The position numbers and the translations under genes were made by a program. A stretch of DNA of 64,000 nucleotides, taken from the NCBI GenBank assembly GCA_944372335.1, contig CALVYQ010000002.1, positions 90,409 through 154,408 of the forward strand, given 5' to 3'. Shown here piece by piece: positions 41,001-43,408 of this stretch. Each line of letters opens with the position of its first letter. Within the stretch, counting starts at the first letter, position 1. Under the pieces are notes generated by a model. That model made no database searches and was not told the DNA's origin. It saw nothing but the letters and a program-made list of their open reading frames with translations. This DNA is from an uncultured Clostridia bacterium. Its GTDB lineage: Bacteria; Bacillota; Clostridia; Christensenellales; UBA1242.

Positions 41001-43124
41001 GTTGTATATCATTATGAAAGGGTTACTTTAAATAATGAATACGATGAGGGCGAGACAATAGATAAAGAAGGCACAACAGGCGTGGTTATCACCGAAGAGA
41101 TGATTGGCATGGCTGATGGCACAATAACAAGTCCACGTGAAGGCTTCGAGTATTCAAGAAATGATCTTGTTGAAAACACAGTAATCCAAGGTGACGGTTC
41201 AACTGTTGTCAATGTTTACTTCAGCAGAATAAGAAAACAGATGCAAGTTTCCTATAACGACGATAACATGGGACTTTCTAACCTACAAGTTAGAGTAAAT
41301 GGTGTTGTCGTTGATGGCGAAGAGTCAGAGGGTTCAAGCGGTGTAATCATCACAACAAGAACATACTCAATCGCTTACGGCCAGACAGTTGAGGTAAGCT
41401 TCACACTTGCTGAAAACTTCGAGTTTGATGGCTTTGTGGTTGAAGGACTTACTGAGAGAGAGGCTGAGGGCGAACTTCAAGCAGGTGAATATAGAGAGAA
41501 TGGCACAGTAATTACCTATGTTCATGGCTTAGAAGATGTCAGAATAGGAATCACAGTTGAGGCTATCGAAGTTGAATATACAGTTAGATACTTCACACAA
41601 AATGTTGTTTCTTATGAAGAAGCAGATGACCAAGTTGTTGAAAATTACAGCTTAGAGGCTGTGTTCGAGGCTACAGGCTTAGCTCTTATCAACAACAACC
41701 TCACAGCGGACTTTATTAAGCAGACATACATTGACGGCATAAGCACTCTTCCAAACTACAACGCTGAATTGTTCGTTGGAATGAATGTTGCTTCTTACTG
41801 GTACAAAGCAACAAACAGCTCCGGTGGTGATATAACAGACTTCGTCACTGTCGCAGGTGATGGTTCAACCGTAATCAATATCTATATCAACAGACAGATA
41901 ATTGATATTAACCTTGACCTTGATGATAACTTTGCTGAAACAGAGGATAACATTAAATATGTTTATGGTTCAGAAGTTACTATCATGGCTTCCACAGAAC
42001 CTGGTTATGACTTCGTAGCTCTTGAAGTTAATGGTTCTGCCGTAGAAAGCGGGTATGAAGTTACTCAAGGCAATAATAATGAAGAGATTGTGACCTATAC
42101 CTTCACAATTTCTGAAGAAAATATTGTCTTTGATGAAGTGACTGAGGCTTACAAGATTGATGTTAAGATGACTAGTGTTGCAGGTGATGCAAACTACACA
42201 ATCAACATTTATCTTGAAAATATTGAGTTAAACGGAACCTCAAATATTTACAGCGAACCAACAGTTCACACATTAACAGGCATAACAGGAACAATTATAA
42301 ATTATGACGAATATTTGACAGCTCCTTTAGGCTACAACCTTATCAATGTTGAAGTTATGAGTAGCGTTAACGAAGAAGAAGAGCCTATTATCAATGGTAA
42401 TCAGGGAAGTGTAATCAACATCTACTTCAACTTGCAAGTTATCTACTTTGAAGTTGAACTTACAGAGGGCGTTGAGTCGTTCAACGTATCATCAAGATAT
42501 GGTTCTCACATAGATAATGGCGAAGAGGGAATTATACATTCTTACCTTGCTAAATACGGTGAAATTCTTCAAAGCTTCAATGTAGCATTCACGCCGGGCT
42601 TCACATATCGTGGAATAAGACTATCGTTTAGAGACGATGATAGCAATTGGACAGAGGGCGAGATACAACAAGACTCATTATCTCTCAACAATTACAGTTA
42701 TAATGTTCCAGCTATGGAATTCAAGATGACCGTGGTAACAGAATCACAAGAATTCATAGTTTACTATGACCCTAACGATGGAAGTGCTGGCGTTCCTGAT
42801 CCAAATTCGTATAGTTATGGTGACCAGGTTATTATCATGGATAATATGTTCGAGAGAGAAGGCTACACCTTCCTTGGCTGGGCAATTTCACCTGAAAATG
42901 CCGAACTTGGAGAAGATGGTGTCGCTTATAGAGCAGGTGACCAAATAACCATTCAAAGCTCTATGACGTTATATGCTGTTTGGGCAAGAGCAAGCTCTAA
43001 CAATTGGTGGATCTATCTTGTGATTGGACTTGGAATTCTACTTCTTTTAATAATCATAATAATAATTATAATTGTTACAAGAAGAAAGAAAGACAAGGAA
43101 AAACAAAAGATGGCTTCTAAATAA
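5052..43124 (+). CDS. Giant (12,690 aa) membrane-anchored surface protein with InlB B-repeat/Listeria-Bacteroides repeats, MucBP-like repeats and inserted lectin-like domains
   Basis: One uninterrupted ORF with an AAGGAG RBS at 5040 before ATG 5052. The N-terminus is signal-like (RFKSKLNLVLVVGLCLFASAFG). It has dozens of YTITF/Y-NGG...PTRxGYxFxGW...TLYAxW units and YTVxY...GF...IxxDGxxVxxxYYxR units. It ends in a TM helix (WWIYLVIGLGILLLLIIIIIIIIV) plus a basic tail, with no LPXTG. Confidence 0.93.
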   Translation: MDRFKSKLNLVLVVGLCLFASAFGIGVNTLNLQPLASTSTAVSSDNDEVSMSSVTEDGNVIYINNEYFADGVSQMPIEGSGTAPTLDELAITSGDEIHITNSLIEFSDASGFDNLQGVTLYINHSIFVYTGSSTSGIYMYEGTPTTLIASDSIFFASNGSTVNVPTATSRKLTSFYYDTTSGIRGYGPDKSAVSGNVQLGAPTEGADVGLAYRVGFFAQSAYPINLNSTAETTLWTGDWNFSGDTIDGNNEGWMFSAVEVGASADTLQGTALYPYPRDYVLANASGNIVTLYANFEQPEAQTGKVKIGLSGTNTITLSGDYALTRPGYKHIGWKLYPDATSTVTQIQVTGPMSLYAAWEVVEYTITYDLNGGSLVGDASSTKTYYYDDTFNLLSEEDVERTGYNVAQDFWVVTVADGNWPSGLNNGLGRYDAGEEISNMYGNITLTANWAANNFIINFDGNGATSGSMAPQDFNYGIAESLTPNEFERTGYRFTGWNTSAEGTGTAYADQQDLSSVPVADGGTVTLYAQWTPVVYTITLDHQQGSSSTSTIYLKYETGWYSNLAATAEISEVEVPTRTGYTFGGYWTDANGTGEQIILSSGALAENKTTYTTESDILYAQWTPINVTITFNANDYSEGGRDTNDNPIIGEANLTGLSNANTLTINYGTSSLSGTPGATLAGYTLQGWATSANGTTYVINANGTVNGTWTASENANVDTVYAIWAPITYTVTLNANGGTLGTDTSVEATYGAYMDTITSLPSRPGYSFAGFYDTQEATGGNQYFDEDGVCTNVWNKPNTATLYARWTANTYSVRLNMTINRASSSAVSVDYNVEGTVGGSISSGSLTNSTNAITLSNVAFGQTLTLNFTAPANYYISNTALSSNPSDLSASGNQIEITKEFNDVGELSDNVLTINVYLYEVYTISYNSNTGAGNMSSSYKLHNASINLKANSFTKTGYNFDGWATSESGAVQYDDAAPYTANASVTLFAKWEAKQYTIILDANGGEDGATTSVTATYDATLPTIPSANLPTRAGWDFEGFFDEVTGGNQYYNADGTSTDRTWTTDGGDTLYAHWTIHQYQIIYTYNNGTTTIELGRPFDYNVNTDIVLGQNISLTGHEISGWTVLSSVGSWMANTNFDNGAELSGQWGTVTLRAQALPILYQIHLNENSPVPATVENAGIGDVVLSDDADIYVVYGTRTLYDNRTSNTAGSGSGAVTASLNGYTFLGWSTDSEADSESECQIDANGNLKNTWTSTTAVTQFYAIWEQDEDGNVITYNFAGGSYNGSTNNIPYKYKVNAEFKLLDGDVVTRAGYTLTGFEASNSTGSNWGTSTYTPGQEISAFSKYGSVTLTAVWKANEYEVTLNANGGVLGTTTTVTATYDASMPAIARENLPTYSGYTFAGFFDDPTNGTRYYNADGTSARTWNKAEEGVVLYAHWTANATTVTYNPNGGTMSGLNYATRLEDWSTTKNGVTINYNAETNVFTFNGTTTNNYGLGDLFNTYDSDVNFAVGTYTFGYDVLSGDLSFQQVGTDAPYFSISFLAEDGSGFSAGIWPRLNNGLNRSISATVNFTEEMHGQVYRMHSGFASAGATITFNNLQIRFFAYYNSSMSSQVITHDENTYIPIAEREGYMFTGWNTEQNGSGITYSAGNIGELTGGETTLYAQWEAKRIPVTLNLNKGSASTDPSYDYTTVYIEYDSQNVYDSWVGGNQLKVSDFIPTKAGYTFTGWSYNGDFYTNGNGVFTKDWDIVENVRSWSNIVYPTLTANWTAKRIEVIQDAGEGEYSDTSKTKTVYIQFDSNLIYSASTGTTTASLEVPTRNLYDFDGYYYDNENNIVVNYTNGQLVFSSWTIYDEADDDNPITIHAKWSVHAYQIGFASNGGRFTTGDADLNEMPMSAGTNFTLHNASNLVREGYSFQGWALEANETNPDNIYAAGMVVTADEAETSLFSQIASHGRMYAIWKADPYTVTYSAGEFADEVTLPTQTSFEYNFESTTVLSANVSREGYTFAGWKPTEDVGLLSTGEYSWDMDTVYQANTSVQGKYGHVTLVAQWTNNTYTVTFDGNHATSGEMDPQAFTYDVTQALSLNTFKRNGYTFLGWSRESGASTPTYTDGQEVENLSSSVNGSVTLYAVWKANVYAVTLDTNYSSLINNGGSPTLSTPTTVYVVYDSNVIYSSRTGSTQSDYAVSDVVTPVVSNLTGYTFRGWALDGQLITNNLGSLTAVWNRYDASSYTLTAQYDPIEYNLTINFADFAGITALGAMNSTSLTVTRSDDEAYSQTLTYGNSVVITKDFDDEAVEITLTRTGTENYYLALGSVPTSGASRNSITINWTPNINDSENVVVREIYDITLSVNGSTSVEEKIHDQNEVFEVTPPTGYDFTGWVISETGPDTDGDVLAEGEPFTLNCDATLTAQFVPIEYDITYTFDESIYTEVQYNGETLAQSSVTIEGAYTIEDDLALLGNETFTRYGYTITEWDFVSGTNQSYGWQSTEFVLSEESFGTGFFGDVVLKAVFNTVSYTITYQANGGNFTGDSSDNYTIESGATLFGDADIVREGHTLVGWNYQSDGSDTENNWSVNNGTTVDYQKGATVTGRYGNVTLVAEWSANTYTITYDANQGRFNTENDSTQEYTYPNTITLRNGTNVIRDGYALVGYTILNDEGNWEENYPDGISFAQDASFTTIANLYGDVTLRAVWQPLKTNYDVIVYIQTAEGDSYTELGRYSDGQTYNAGETVNIEAVKNAIAGGRVNVNGFEYRTENGYTTNYDNALTVVGDGSLDISIYYNYVVYTATINAGEGGSFANGGANTATMYYNVYGRVEYANQVVTNQYEGFTLPTTSEIVRTGHTLTGFTPSTTEDITGSSKWFASSTQLNPGTVISSDADLADNSGRLFGNITLTANWQVNTYTIQYNQNYGTGNAGVKGLNYAIRAEDWNTTQNGVTINYDADTNVFTLDGESGADGLTLLTYDGTFSAGTYVVGYYVSSGSFIAESNTNLYFRFRFDSGETSNVTGNTSYGSTTITLDKERTTTFRVNISTMVYNFFNLKISFFAYRQDEVVLEQQVTYGLAQPLPYAERTGYHFVGWNTERDGSGTYYSYENIDTITSNDILYAQWEVNNYVVNFDADNIIYYPYHLQTLNTTDGDIEISLVGNEMVTSYTFTEVGTGLNLRGPALEEGEEYVWSVDFRSTHAHNLYAIGHEQGGNISYKITETNEWVTVTNKFTANDGSVGFTFYSNSWTVGEVFEFKNVSVQKVSDIEADHAIGNRTVRYNELYGTLPTPTKTGYTFNGWYLNGERITSTSTVTTASNHTLTSQWTANTYYVRFNPNGATSGTMANQQFTYDAEPTALSLNTYKRPGYIFRGWATAETLNAETYEERVEYPDEAEVQNLTAVPNGIVDLYAVWEPRTVTVTFDLNDVTNSNGSTEATFTIDALNSNGGEMFVKFSEKFSELYITDENSIIGMPEARRDGYEFIGWFTDRTAGSEVTESTVAESIVNPDTLAITLYARWTANQYTVTYNGNGGTVNGDGSTETISGAGATFDANYTYRPNDGTNETNFVRTGYTFAGWSLTQNGAIAYTAEQLGTEGYETPFIHTSNITLYAVWTEHTYTLTFNSNDENYSGSISTVKSGLSESVVLRYTQNYELVEIFDKEGYEFVGWATDPDTTEDDFDSDAPGISDGMVTVGETVSRLTPNANGTYDLYAVWRSEPVSYTVNYMYQTVAAARAGTTNLSTDFTRFSYTTTDEYAGTEIVVSTLANAFISDNAELKATFLQSTSTSNIDEDYVVAGDESLVINIYFTRGTYNVTIVKEAGIDTVTVRGNNNTVISGNGTYAVYYEESITLSATTLPGYINPVFTGTSGTITSPVQILADSTFTASATADIVNFTVEIYQADLDGSYEDTTENTRTLSGTTDTDVSLTAVSYGVNVNTTNFEFDGFRYDASTTQSANADLNVNGDESTVIKIYFARRTFDFVIADYKNVGIESVTIDCDYATNGHESESDVGDYVNYTWRIVYGASINVTLVEETGYEFTRWTTSAEIENFNTKTANQTNLIMPAYHVSIHPFLDLETYTLTINPNGGTYIDSSENITITQDYLTTYTLQTPTRRGYTFDHWTLSGTGTGSLDGNIFTFGVGDNTVTAEWTENTYTVTFSDVFNSFEVVIAGYDGTVKSRETITSTDNVITLNFTDILITTDTGVSSNPEGATFTEIKGTNPTRKGYVFGRNDSNIDTTTGVHYTLKYEVYGIETGGYRLAEDNGETEWLYNSFTGMHTRTFAWTMLVDEGNVTINIDWSPEVYEISFNGNQSDGSTDVTVSNSTTYIEYNGNAFYTTITDETYPITEVTGSAITPTASRDGYEFAGWWTLADGGVQVISEAGRLLSNVSGHTDADGRWTRTDGVTLYAHWTANRYEIELNVNTGTLDGDSIIDSSVWAEFDSTNLYVDQTSTTTVNPTASKVGYTFNGWKTTQNDLGTLFISAEGELLAPYRALTGDEVFAYFTVNDYEITLNLNAGTDSSAVLDTAGVQLTDNKVYITFGTKNIYNSMDTSSRVTVAPKATRTGYDFIGWATSADATALSECAINASGQLINNSTFSEADTLYAVWRIGTFVITTDLTDAKIIDFSITGDATVQETENTYRVNFGTEVRIAFNNMPGYSFTGFVTTPNVSISTNEGGYEFTMPAYSFTLKLNSDNNLILVNLDANDDAGATKADALTYNHIYIGYESREIYAERGENRWENVGGTIAPTARRDGYNFLGWSTNANATTADECLINANGALNSDFTNATVDGAITLHAIWQKTDVAYSVEYYLQNVNDDLYTQDTSRTTSGTGAVDTNVTLSTYQTTIKGFTFGRYETNNTDTSSLNIRGDGQLVVRLYYTRLSYTLTIVKDNGEANDTVDRRFEATYTLPTLSKTGYTFDEWTVELGEGSVSGNTFTFGATDATVKANWTANVIKVNLLPGEGDSVSVSTIYAKYDSSTLYSDESGNTPLTTMPTASYVGYDFDGFYLDETPVISKTGLVSTWKYADETTLTAHFTPHTYTITYQDNYGKPSLSSDEYTILDEIELATSERAGYTFLGWRVSADAGSWTANEEFLVAEDEMTVSAGRHGDVTLVAMWQETPYTITYNTDGGEPIEALPYDILDTITLPLPEKEGFNFQGWQATLSGEGNWSTTVPYQANAELNNMYGNVTLTALWSASTDTAYTINIYLQNINASNEPSYGEPETPIVRYGTTNEAITITVSEDGNFVTVNGIDYNYYSQGFHFDDSKANTMSATIEADGSTVLYFYFARNTVTLTVNAGTGVTGVVPNGATSTVFGATHAISASLANGYTFSQWTVAGTTPSKFTSTEMNQSIVMANGNVTLTAVATTENFTITYVDGETEDKVPYVVTEAITLKVVERAGHTFMGWRVRENAGVLGDKYSWTADELITSATLTAGRFGDVILDAEWQPNTVAVTLYANDEIGTQDSATTLPNGGTIYITYGTTNIYASRTTVAGHTTYPYEPVGSTINPTISRRGYNFLGWSTNRNATKASECLIDASGVLKANWTTSEVDGQTLYAIWQAKAITLTLTGENATIADTEVHVYFDGTVIYADRALSTPLASVTASKYGYNFTGFTYNSQTVITSLGVINNVWNYSDTDCTLTAQFTREQYTITYEYIDSEGTTQTSTQNYYTDDNITLMTPTRTGYTFTNWKVAENVGDMGEKFAWIKDEKINSGSFSTAGRFGDVRLVAEYNNNSYTLRYNSNVTGLIGAENVSGQVADDTAYWDTKTTIAQYDYTLAGYHMIGWSTRADGEGTTYTAGQEVVLNLTATAGGEATLYAMWQIDSFTLTLEIADDANSTAGVASVTVTETTGVTANDDGTYTVVYGTQVTLNVTYNNGYQFLRWEGGTVTDSIFTMPAQETTLTIVAGPIGYQLNYQGNEGTINGSATYPVPVKFNENVTLLTDEKVTISRPGYTFTGWNTQADGKGTHYDEGAIYHYATVGSVSLFAEWQANEYTVTYYANNGAETEQTYPDSIKAVFDTDYTVLANSVTNFSKTGYHFVGWATRRTSSEAGYVLYNEGDEFSYTTPNNTILYAQWTANQYTVYYNANANNKYHYGVAEGSTSPTVTFYDDEFVVSDYEFTLTGYTPTIDETYSLAYWTENPNGSGTRYYVGQRYSNLTSDYNGSETLYAQWTPETYEVTVKDSDKKTHQEDKVFNVVYATIKGADFFPEYINYQKEGWTLKGFYIADAEGNASTTMLIDDKGNLVQTVNYNDDKIVELGRWVYPNDITVIAVYDPNPYTVTFNVNERPDYKTDDEQAKPYIQGHGANESVDKTVYYDHRYNGEYTNSVYWPRPIYEGFLFYGWSTRSDYYMLAADLFNEYTNNRFADSLTDYTFAYVLGTNPDHQGEAEQEEVDFVFVKVSAVAEGSDPYSGWADITNIDDLLFTRENVKGTDDIVEGTDTVQLTADQDLYAIWIGRNDVPYTVYYLQEEITHRDLGEGHEIEKTDGAGGNITTYPNVNELFVTDGEERFVNYDGKTYRVQQEVPDVNGITADAVLNYLSTQEYAGFKYSAYEFAGDQIDGNGKTIIFAFYARQSYQITLNSENGVQSMLATEGNGVTRVGETNAYNVMYGAGVTISATVKAGYNFGIDNADLVKWSQSAVGSTVTLTDSYTPTSGKHTAISSTFTMTATNRIDFTISAHANTDTKYTIKYYFEKVDGSDYEQDLKNHKDEVLFGTTDTNIDYSEQQIEINGFLFDRYGSTSTTDTTEGTSLNIDGDGSRVIKLYYDRRDDIKLTLTTDIQEAISDIYITIGDSKQEGTSNVNVTYGTSVTVSVTVKNGYSFNGFTSSSSQVASVDKDGAVKSGTTYSYTFNMPYEDVTITANMLRNTDTSFNIVYMFEKLDAEDFTGSERYEELAKYPQTTGEGTTDALITRELLAGQGKIISEAGYVYASIGSLTNEPVYISGEGNSTIYVYYTRDTYTVTINYLYSEASLNDGTITDAEIHERVRLGESVVVTYPTFDGYEIVGGETGTTITVQDDSENANINTVNVYYDPIEYTVEYLKNNGAITVDGSATYTIETAITLPTIEREGYSLNYWHATEDSGQKEDDSYAWTTTEQIRGTSIPAGRIGNVTLQAEWSAGDNNVTFQVNNLSVTGDSTAISGEEYTATLKAELGYLLPDTIQVSINDEELTAGDSTYTYSSETGVITIVGGAVVGDIVITANGVADRFKVTINLNDANFGKGSTNATVNITTKNDVDGTTSALSVSGGLITLYAVYDGDYSVLYTSEDGNEYVSLADFTATTVNRKGYDFVGFYSTSYDADNVASGAVVVTASTSFATANDTTVIYAYYTAHAITITLEAGEGATVTNSTVYVKFDTQTLYSVNTSGVLSGEVNPTANRPGYDFEGFVSGEETVISEAGVLLNAWIIDENTTLTADFTATPYQITYSAGTASGVTLPSQVTVDYDIESKYTLAGATRDGYNFLGWRPTSNVGLIGEVYTWSTSELYDEDTPVAGKYGNVTLVAVWGVIPYTVTYTLKAGESFASGFEATQNYDIESEENIYGVTSITRDGYTLSSFRVLSESVGSWTEGAIVALNTTLTGKWGNVELEAVWTAGNNDVDVTITNATHNAPISVDSGAELTFTITPNAGYSLPTSLTVMINGAESDEFTYQNGVVTIGENIINGDVVITGSAVANSYDITVNGVHALVRVGTEGEYETSATYNATTGTSFTVYAQAVKGYENVTFTVEGLATVTPLTENNGTYSAVISGFTASFTVTATAVPMNNRVTFELENLNRDSGADNVNTDAPYTAKLSAQNGYSLPSEITITNGTEPLIAGEDYTYNAETGNISINANIINDNVTIEASGVANRYMVTFDLNDHASGNGSTNVESVTVGDTQLTIANGNIELYVTYNTTYATLYVLGEDGGYTAIAYDDFVDAISRLGYTFGGFYQEELAVNETPTTSPISSATLFKTWNHTTVVYGYWTTNENTQYTVIHNIQGFGESDEFEATITRTAYGETDTSVQAALLTAGDFLGEGLDINGFNMPVVQNVTISADGNASVTYLYTRRYFSLTLIAGTGVASTSYTSGNSSGLADGYVYYNDSVTLDATPATGYEAPITWSKTADVTTTPDITGNTFTMGVGEASYTATATARKITITLNANDGGYFGDNLPTTQSEVTYNELYGDALITPTAKDGYTFRGYYTTLIPADGDTSTATPITENTTADINTLDLENGTTFYAYYTINSYTLTIRYQKADGSEIAETHTESVKFGATYTVQSPSNIRGYYTEQTTVTGTMPADNHKVIVTYSPKTYNIVLNSNFPSATGVKNITDTTQTATYDATFTFDTMATLISRNEAWNLAGYTFLGWFSDPTDEDAQHYANGASIDPWNFDGQDTYNFYARWEARGDVKYTVNSYLMDTNGTTYTMTSDVRESFANSGIVVSYDGSGNPIINSKPYPNTGFTYDNTQGTDLSETLYVNADGTTVIELYYTRQEFLITIVAGEGTTLTGAKTDTYYYGEQITINASVQDGFVWNGWTAEGNSPTGLVQGASGQQQQTITIGLGTATITANATRDIYQLTINPNGGAYNGSTELQYVEGAFESTYTLSTPTDYTGYTFTGWKLTAGKGEFIGSLETGFSFKFADSNATIQAQWEANRVAVTINANDLTGSTRASLTLTTKNDTESGTSGTTVNFTDSKLTVYAVFNGTYEKLYISEESDEYISLAGFVNESTITRPGYNFTNFTLNGEVITSDTKFASATPIELLANWTAKTYSLTIVENPEGKVTVEVDKTAETDGRYKVAFDSSVTLTATPSEGYMFANFSSSGVLSTSASYTFSYTTVGNMTITANVTANPYTILYNNNGGTGEISTTSATYDEPRAISSGAGFSKTGYTLTGWTLTPNGTTSNVQPIESLDDIETAGLYSFGGTVYAYNLAPSGSVTIYAVWTANTYNVTIDEKGGSDISDLSSVVYDDIIAIEGTSTRDGYTFMGYSFEDDNASDVQEVTEEMISEYDGLKEYLLGEHLGRGIYLYNGTYYVFNLTSTNGGTETIYVVWNAHNVNVKFEYYLETLDGEFRLDGDQVFKDENLGNTVNTRTEQRLTGSEVSISVAYYEGFTYSRGHEGEVLSATVDGNGETTLKVYYTRNTYTVNYTTPQFGVESVTVTGAVTASGNTFKYNEEVTITSTLSKGYTFGRYTYGSGDSDFSAQNPYTFNIKENMNFDITVNAGGATFKVAYYAENLDGQGYALVENVDTNSYSGNVDDLITKEVLEGLGISFEMTGYLYDHIDEGKRITADNSTVVGIYFNRDYFTLTLTRVAGVNTLTASGTYVGEGVVSGQSTSYEVKFGADVTISYTLADGYAFKAWSSTLVTVGTSETLSGTGTIDEMPAENLTINLEVTGLPSSFKVIFMFETFTDNVYSATDELHASGETQVISKEIGGNFVITGEEIDSLDEFTLNTFTGFTYHDFEKGKIVAADGSTTVMVYLKRNPVTINVTLGAGVQDLTLSVNEKEGAIEGENDYTLSQEFDADGEMVVKFNADVTITYNLLPGYENISFTGVTVSGDTFKVPANTVNLVASAETVETTITFHGEGGTHNLGGDDNTTYTQENAKYLSRVTLMSNAFTRTGYAFEGWATEDSLEEELLEDRVVYDNGEILEQYPFYSDLDLYAVWSNNTYTITYNGNGGSVAQAEGDPITEIDHEGEVEYDTAEALVAITTLGFTRTGHSFDGWTTVSGGTTSEAQEVDSLDEIVTNGIYRLTTDGTYYAFNLASNKGDNVILYAVWREHTYTVTYNSNYTSKDATDDTYSEEDNTYNYTERFNAVSITDTDFALTGYHFVGWNTERDGSDRWISENEEVWSLTSEDNGEVILYAQWTANSYSIAYNGNSGSGEMTATPATYDAVVELSPNEFVKPAYTFAGWTTVNGGTTSEATLVTSTTEIKTSGLYYIVGENGERTYYAYNLTAEANGTANIYAVWTATSYNITYLANNGTFGASVVGAESGEYIFPYTIEDDITFLTDISREGHTLVGYTISGNSTWTGVFGGEVLFEDYAGYTKGTLYGNVTLEAKWQINSHKLTINYVYGDTDHPHYNEIIKTYSNSYNYGATYSITSPTDITGYSCSAEDATITGVMPDEDVTVTVYYYAKEITITFNYMDSVASPATKFEYDSLVVRYDYAFSTAKTPGDDGEVVGLVDGYRAGYDFAGWWTTQNYQSGTQVTDTDIVNTTNNIKLFARWTPRTDTDYIINLLFEELNTENYSINPDYAEAISAEGTTDAVPTEEAILDYINTKYPTIVGFTYADRFDQTPISVNGNTVINVYFDRDYNSLTLTADYGVENFDAKYDTTVHTGDVEYIRGSNGSLQVRYGTTIVLSVTEREGYEFTTFTATGIEPADIVDNKFTMIDGTVTINAGASARTYEIRYYSNYSLEDANYKTATGTYAQTETLKTAEELSFELSGYGFQGWATSREGGVKYAGGEPFNMSGTYQDVVELYAVWEAGAVTLTFTTSTGIDRNNILVYVNDSEEGVSIDNIGSVKYDDVIKVDITNAVMAGYNFNNFVVNSEPQTTEEPNVYTFTLHGNTTVEIDATPKTDAQLKIIYVTRNLENTEFVVKDEQIIGGPDSGLAIATGRPITAEFMVELGVIDSEDGDDRYEGFYYSSITNNLQNVASTEFTVIYNTNIAESEEGTYTTVYILYRRHIRLLTLQTEGDGVVSFTATAEGSPSDNVAPQAEQGQYRVTFGTSVRLNLDLEDGYVLDRFEVSAIEAVGNVENLAGAIDLIAQEIEEGVIGYYKDAVADDNLLFTITEDETGYILETMPNYSVSIKAITKAINFTVQYHSNYVAEGGETEKISELETWTYNVEGTIKNITNSTFAGWARAGYEFVGWAYTTDSGVVFTFADENDLAHNFDYETIATYNFEINLYAIWSAGDVEYIINYYREDLTTGEYVILKDPVSNTGKVGTTVRVPEEEAPTGYRRNDGASTLSKVLTPTDNVLEVYYDLIVSELTVTANNENITNISATSNQAGFTAGTFEDGVYTASIKYGALVTLSASANAGYKLGDWSVVSGGISIPENSFTMGLVNVEIEIDVEYETYILTFNGNGGTYDSGDGTMVSTPYTQEFYYTQIANLTENKYSLEGYTFGGWSITKATEPETYADGASFTYDVTSNLEATAIWTPNTNTSYSIVVSIPSATENERLEVTVPMTGTTASEITEDEAWEALNDALDDFNITLPSAEDGFEFVGFTEGAPTIGADGETTVHATFSRKNLSYTFRTADAGVERITVTYYSVQENTEKSVEVTTDPVTVTDVAFGVDITITPTFASGYEYGLITAYRLNAESAEEAVNTWTYEQTTSGAITTNSGVESGFIYEVRAETETYKLIYHENFKGSEVRQEVDITYLGRVDIQSVFAQNGYTLQGWATSEDEPLVKVYEPTDVIEVYDTAGDLHLYAMWTPNSYTIRYNAYLDESNVPMESTPAIYDEVVELRANTFTRTGYHFVGWATSQGGDAVFSTVASVDEILTAGIYYVTSEDKYYALNLTDVDGGTVPLYPDWEINTYTVNIHIDEDKTKSISLGEFEYSENVTIPAFTDARFTDWINDGYEFNGWYYYVDEVKTPLDATAEQELSVSMLTDVDGGVIDIYVNWTEGEVAFKILLLYQLLDGNYDESMLSSDNYTMLTEINDEPLVMETGSIVTPEQIYNNYILGNVEVKDGFTFDRDEGDQSIEIMADGSTTVNLYFTRDRVDLYINVGDGLDSAGIIWKDTNHNYVGREENGEHYTVLHGDSVTLTAVPSAGYENVEFTSGDIELSGTTFVMPLNEQMRVTINASATPKTDTPYTIEVYLANELGVYGDEATYTTTGEGTTDEAIPTENARAIIEDEFDLSTYHYSEFRYGQDEESEDITTILGDGTSVIKFYYLRNEYAVSYEVTYPNSINALPASDYVVFGNTVQATFTIQAGYTFDSITATRPQDGELEDEVLSDFVIVTPPEEGSTTYTISFTMPAHNVNISINTTANTDTAYKVVYHYERVTLNNEYDEGETIDKEGTTGVVITEEMIGMADGTITSPREGFEYSRNDLVENTVIQGDGSTVVNVYFSRIRKQMQVSYNDDNMGLSNLQVRVNGVVVDGEESEGSSGVIITTRTYSIAYGQTVEVSFTLAENFEFDGFVVEGLTEREAEGELQAGEYRENGTVITYVHGLEDVRIGITVEAIEVEYTVRYFTQNVVSYEEADDQVVENYSLEAVFEATGLALINNNLTADFIKQTYIDGISTLPNYNAELFVGMNVASYWYKATNSSGGDITDFVTVAGDGSTVINIYINRQIIDINLDLDDNFAETEDNIKYVYGSEVTIMASTEPGYDFVALEVNGSAVESGYEVTQGNNNEEIVTYTFTISEENIVFDEVTEAYKIDVKMTSVAGDANYTINIYLENIELNGTSNIYSEPTVHTLTGITGTIINYDEYLTAPLGYNLINVEVMSSVNEEEEPIINGNQGSVINIYFNLQVIYFEVELTEGVESFNVSSRYGSHIDNGEEGIIHSYLAKYGEILQSFNVAFTPGFTYRGIRLSFRDDDSNWTEGEIQQDSLSLNNYSYNVPAMEFKMTVVTESQEFIVYYDPNDGSAGVPDPNSYSYGDQVIIMDNMFEREGYTFLGWAISPENAELGEDGVAYRAGDQITIQSSMTLYAVWARASSNNWWIYLVIGLGILLLLIIIIIIIIVTRRKKDKEKQKMASK

Positions 43125-43129
43125 AAAAT

Positions 43130-43166
43130 AAAAACACCTTTTAGATTTCTAAGAGGTGTTTTTTTA
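43130..43166. terminator. Bidirectional terminator after the giant gene
   Basis: AAAAACACCTTTTAG-attt-CTAAGAGGTGTTTTTTT. Confidence 0.75.
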
Positions 43167-43187
43167 TATTTAAAATAATAAAATAAA

Positions 43188-43400
43188 TTATAAATCAAAA
43201 TTAAAAATTTCGTTTGGAGTTATATTTAGTAATTTACATATATCAACAATTTGTTGATAGTTTAATTCAAAAACGCCGTTTTCAAATCGGCTATATTGTT
43301 GCTGTGTCATTCTCAGTTTATCTGCCACTTCTTTTTGAGTAAGCCCAAGGCTTTTTCTCGCACACTTTATATTATTTCCTACCATTTTCGCTATATTCAT
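43188..43400 (-). CDS. XRE-family helix-turn-helix regulator (cI/Cro-like, apparently leaderless)
   Basis: IKCARKSLGLTQKEVADKLRMTQQQYSRFENG is an HTH_3 pattern; no RBS upstream. Confidence 0.9.
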   Translation of the reverse strand: MNIAKMVGNNIKCARKSLGLTQKEVADKLRMTQQQYSRFENGVFELNYQQIVDICKLLNITPNEIFNFDL

Positions 43401-43408
43401 ATTGAATA

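Noticed and set aside
5036-43198. Dozens of 60-185 aa alternate-frame and antisense ORFs inside the giant gene
   Set aside because: They are shadow ORFs caused by biased codon usage, with Cys/Ser/Ile-rich nonsense composition, no RBS and no motifs.
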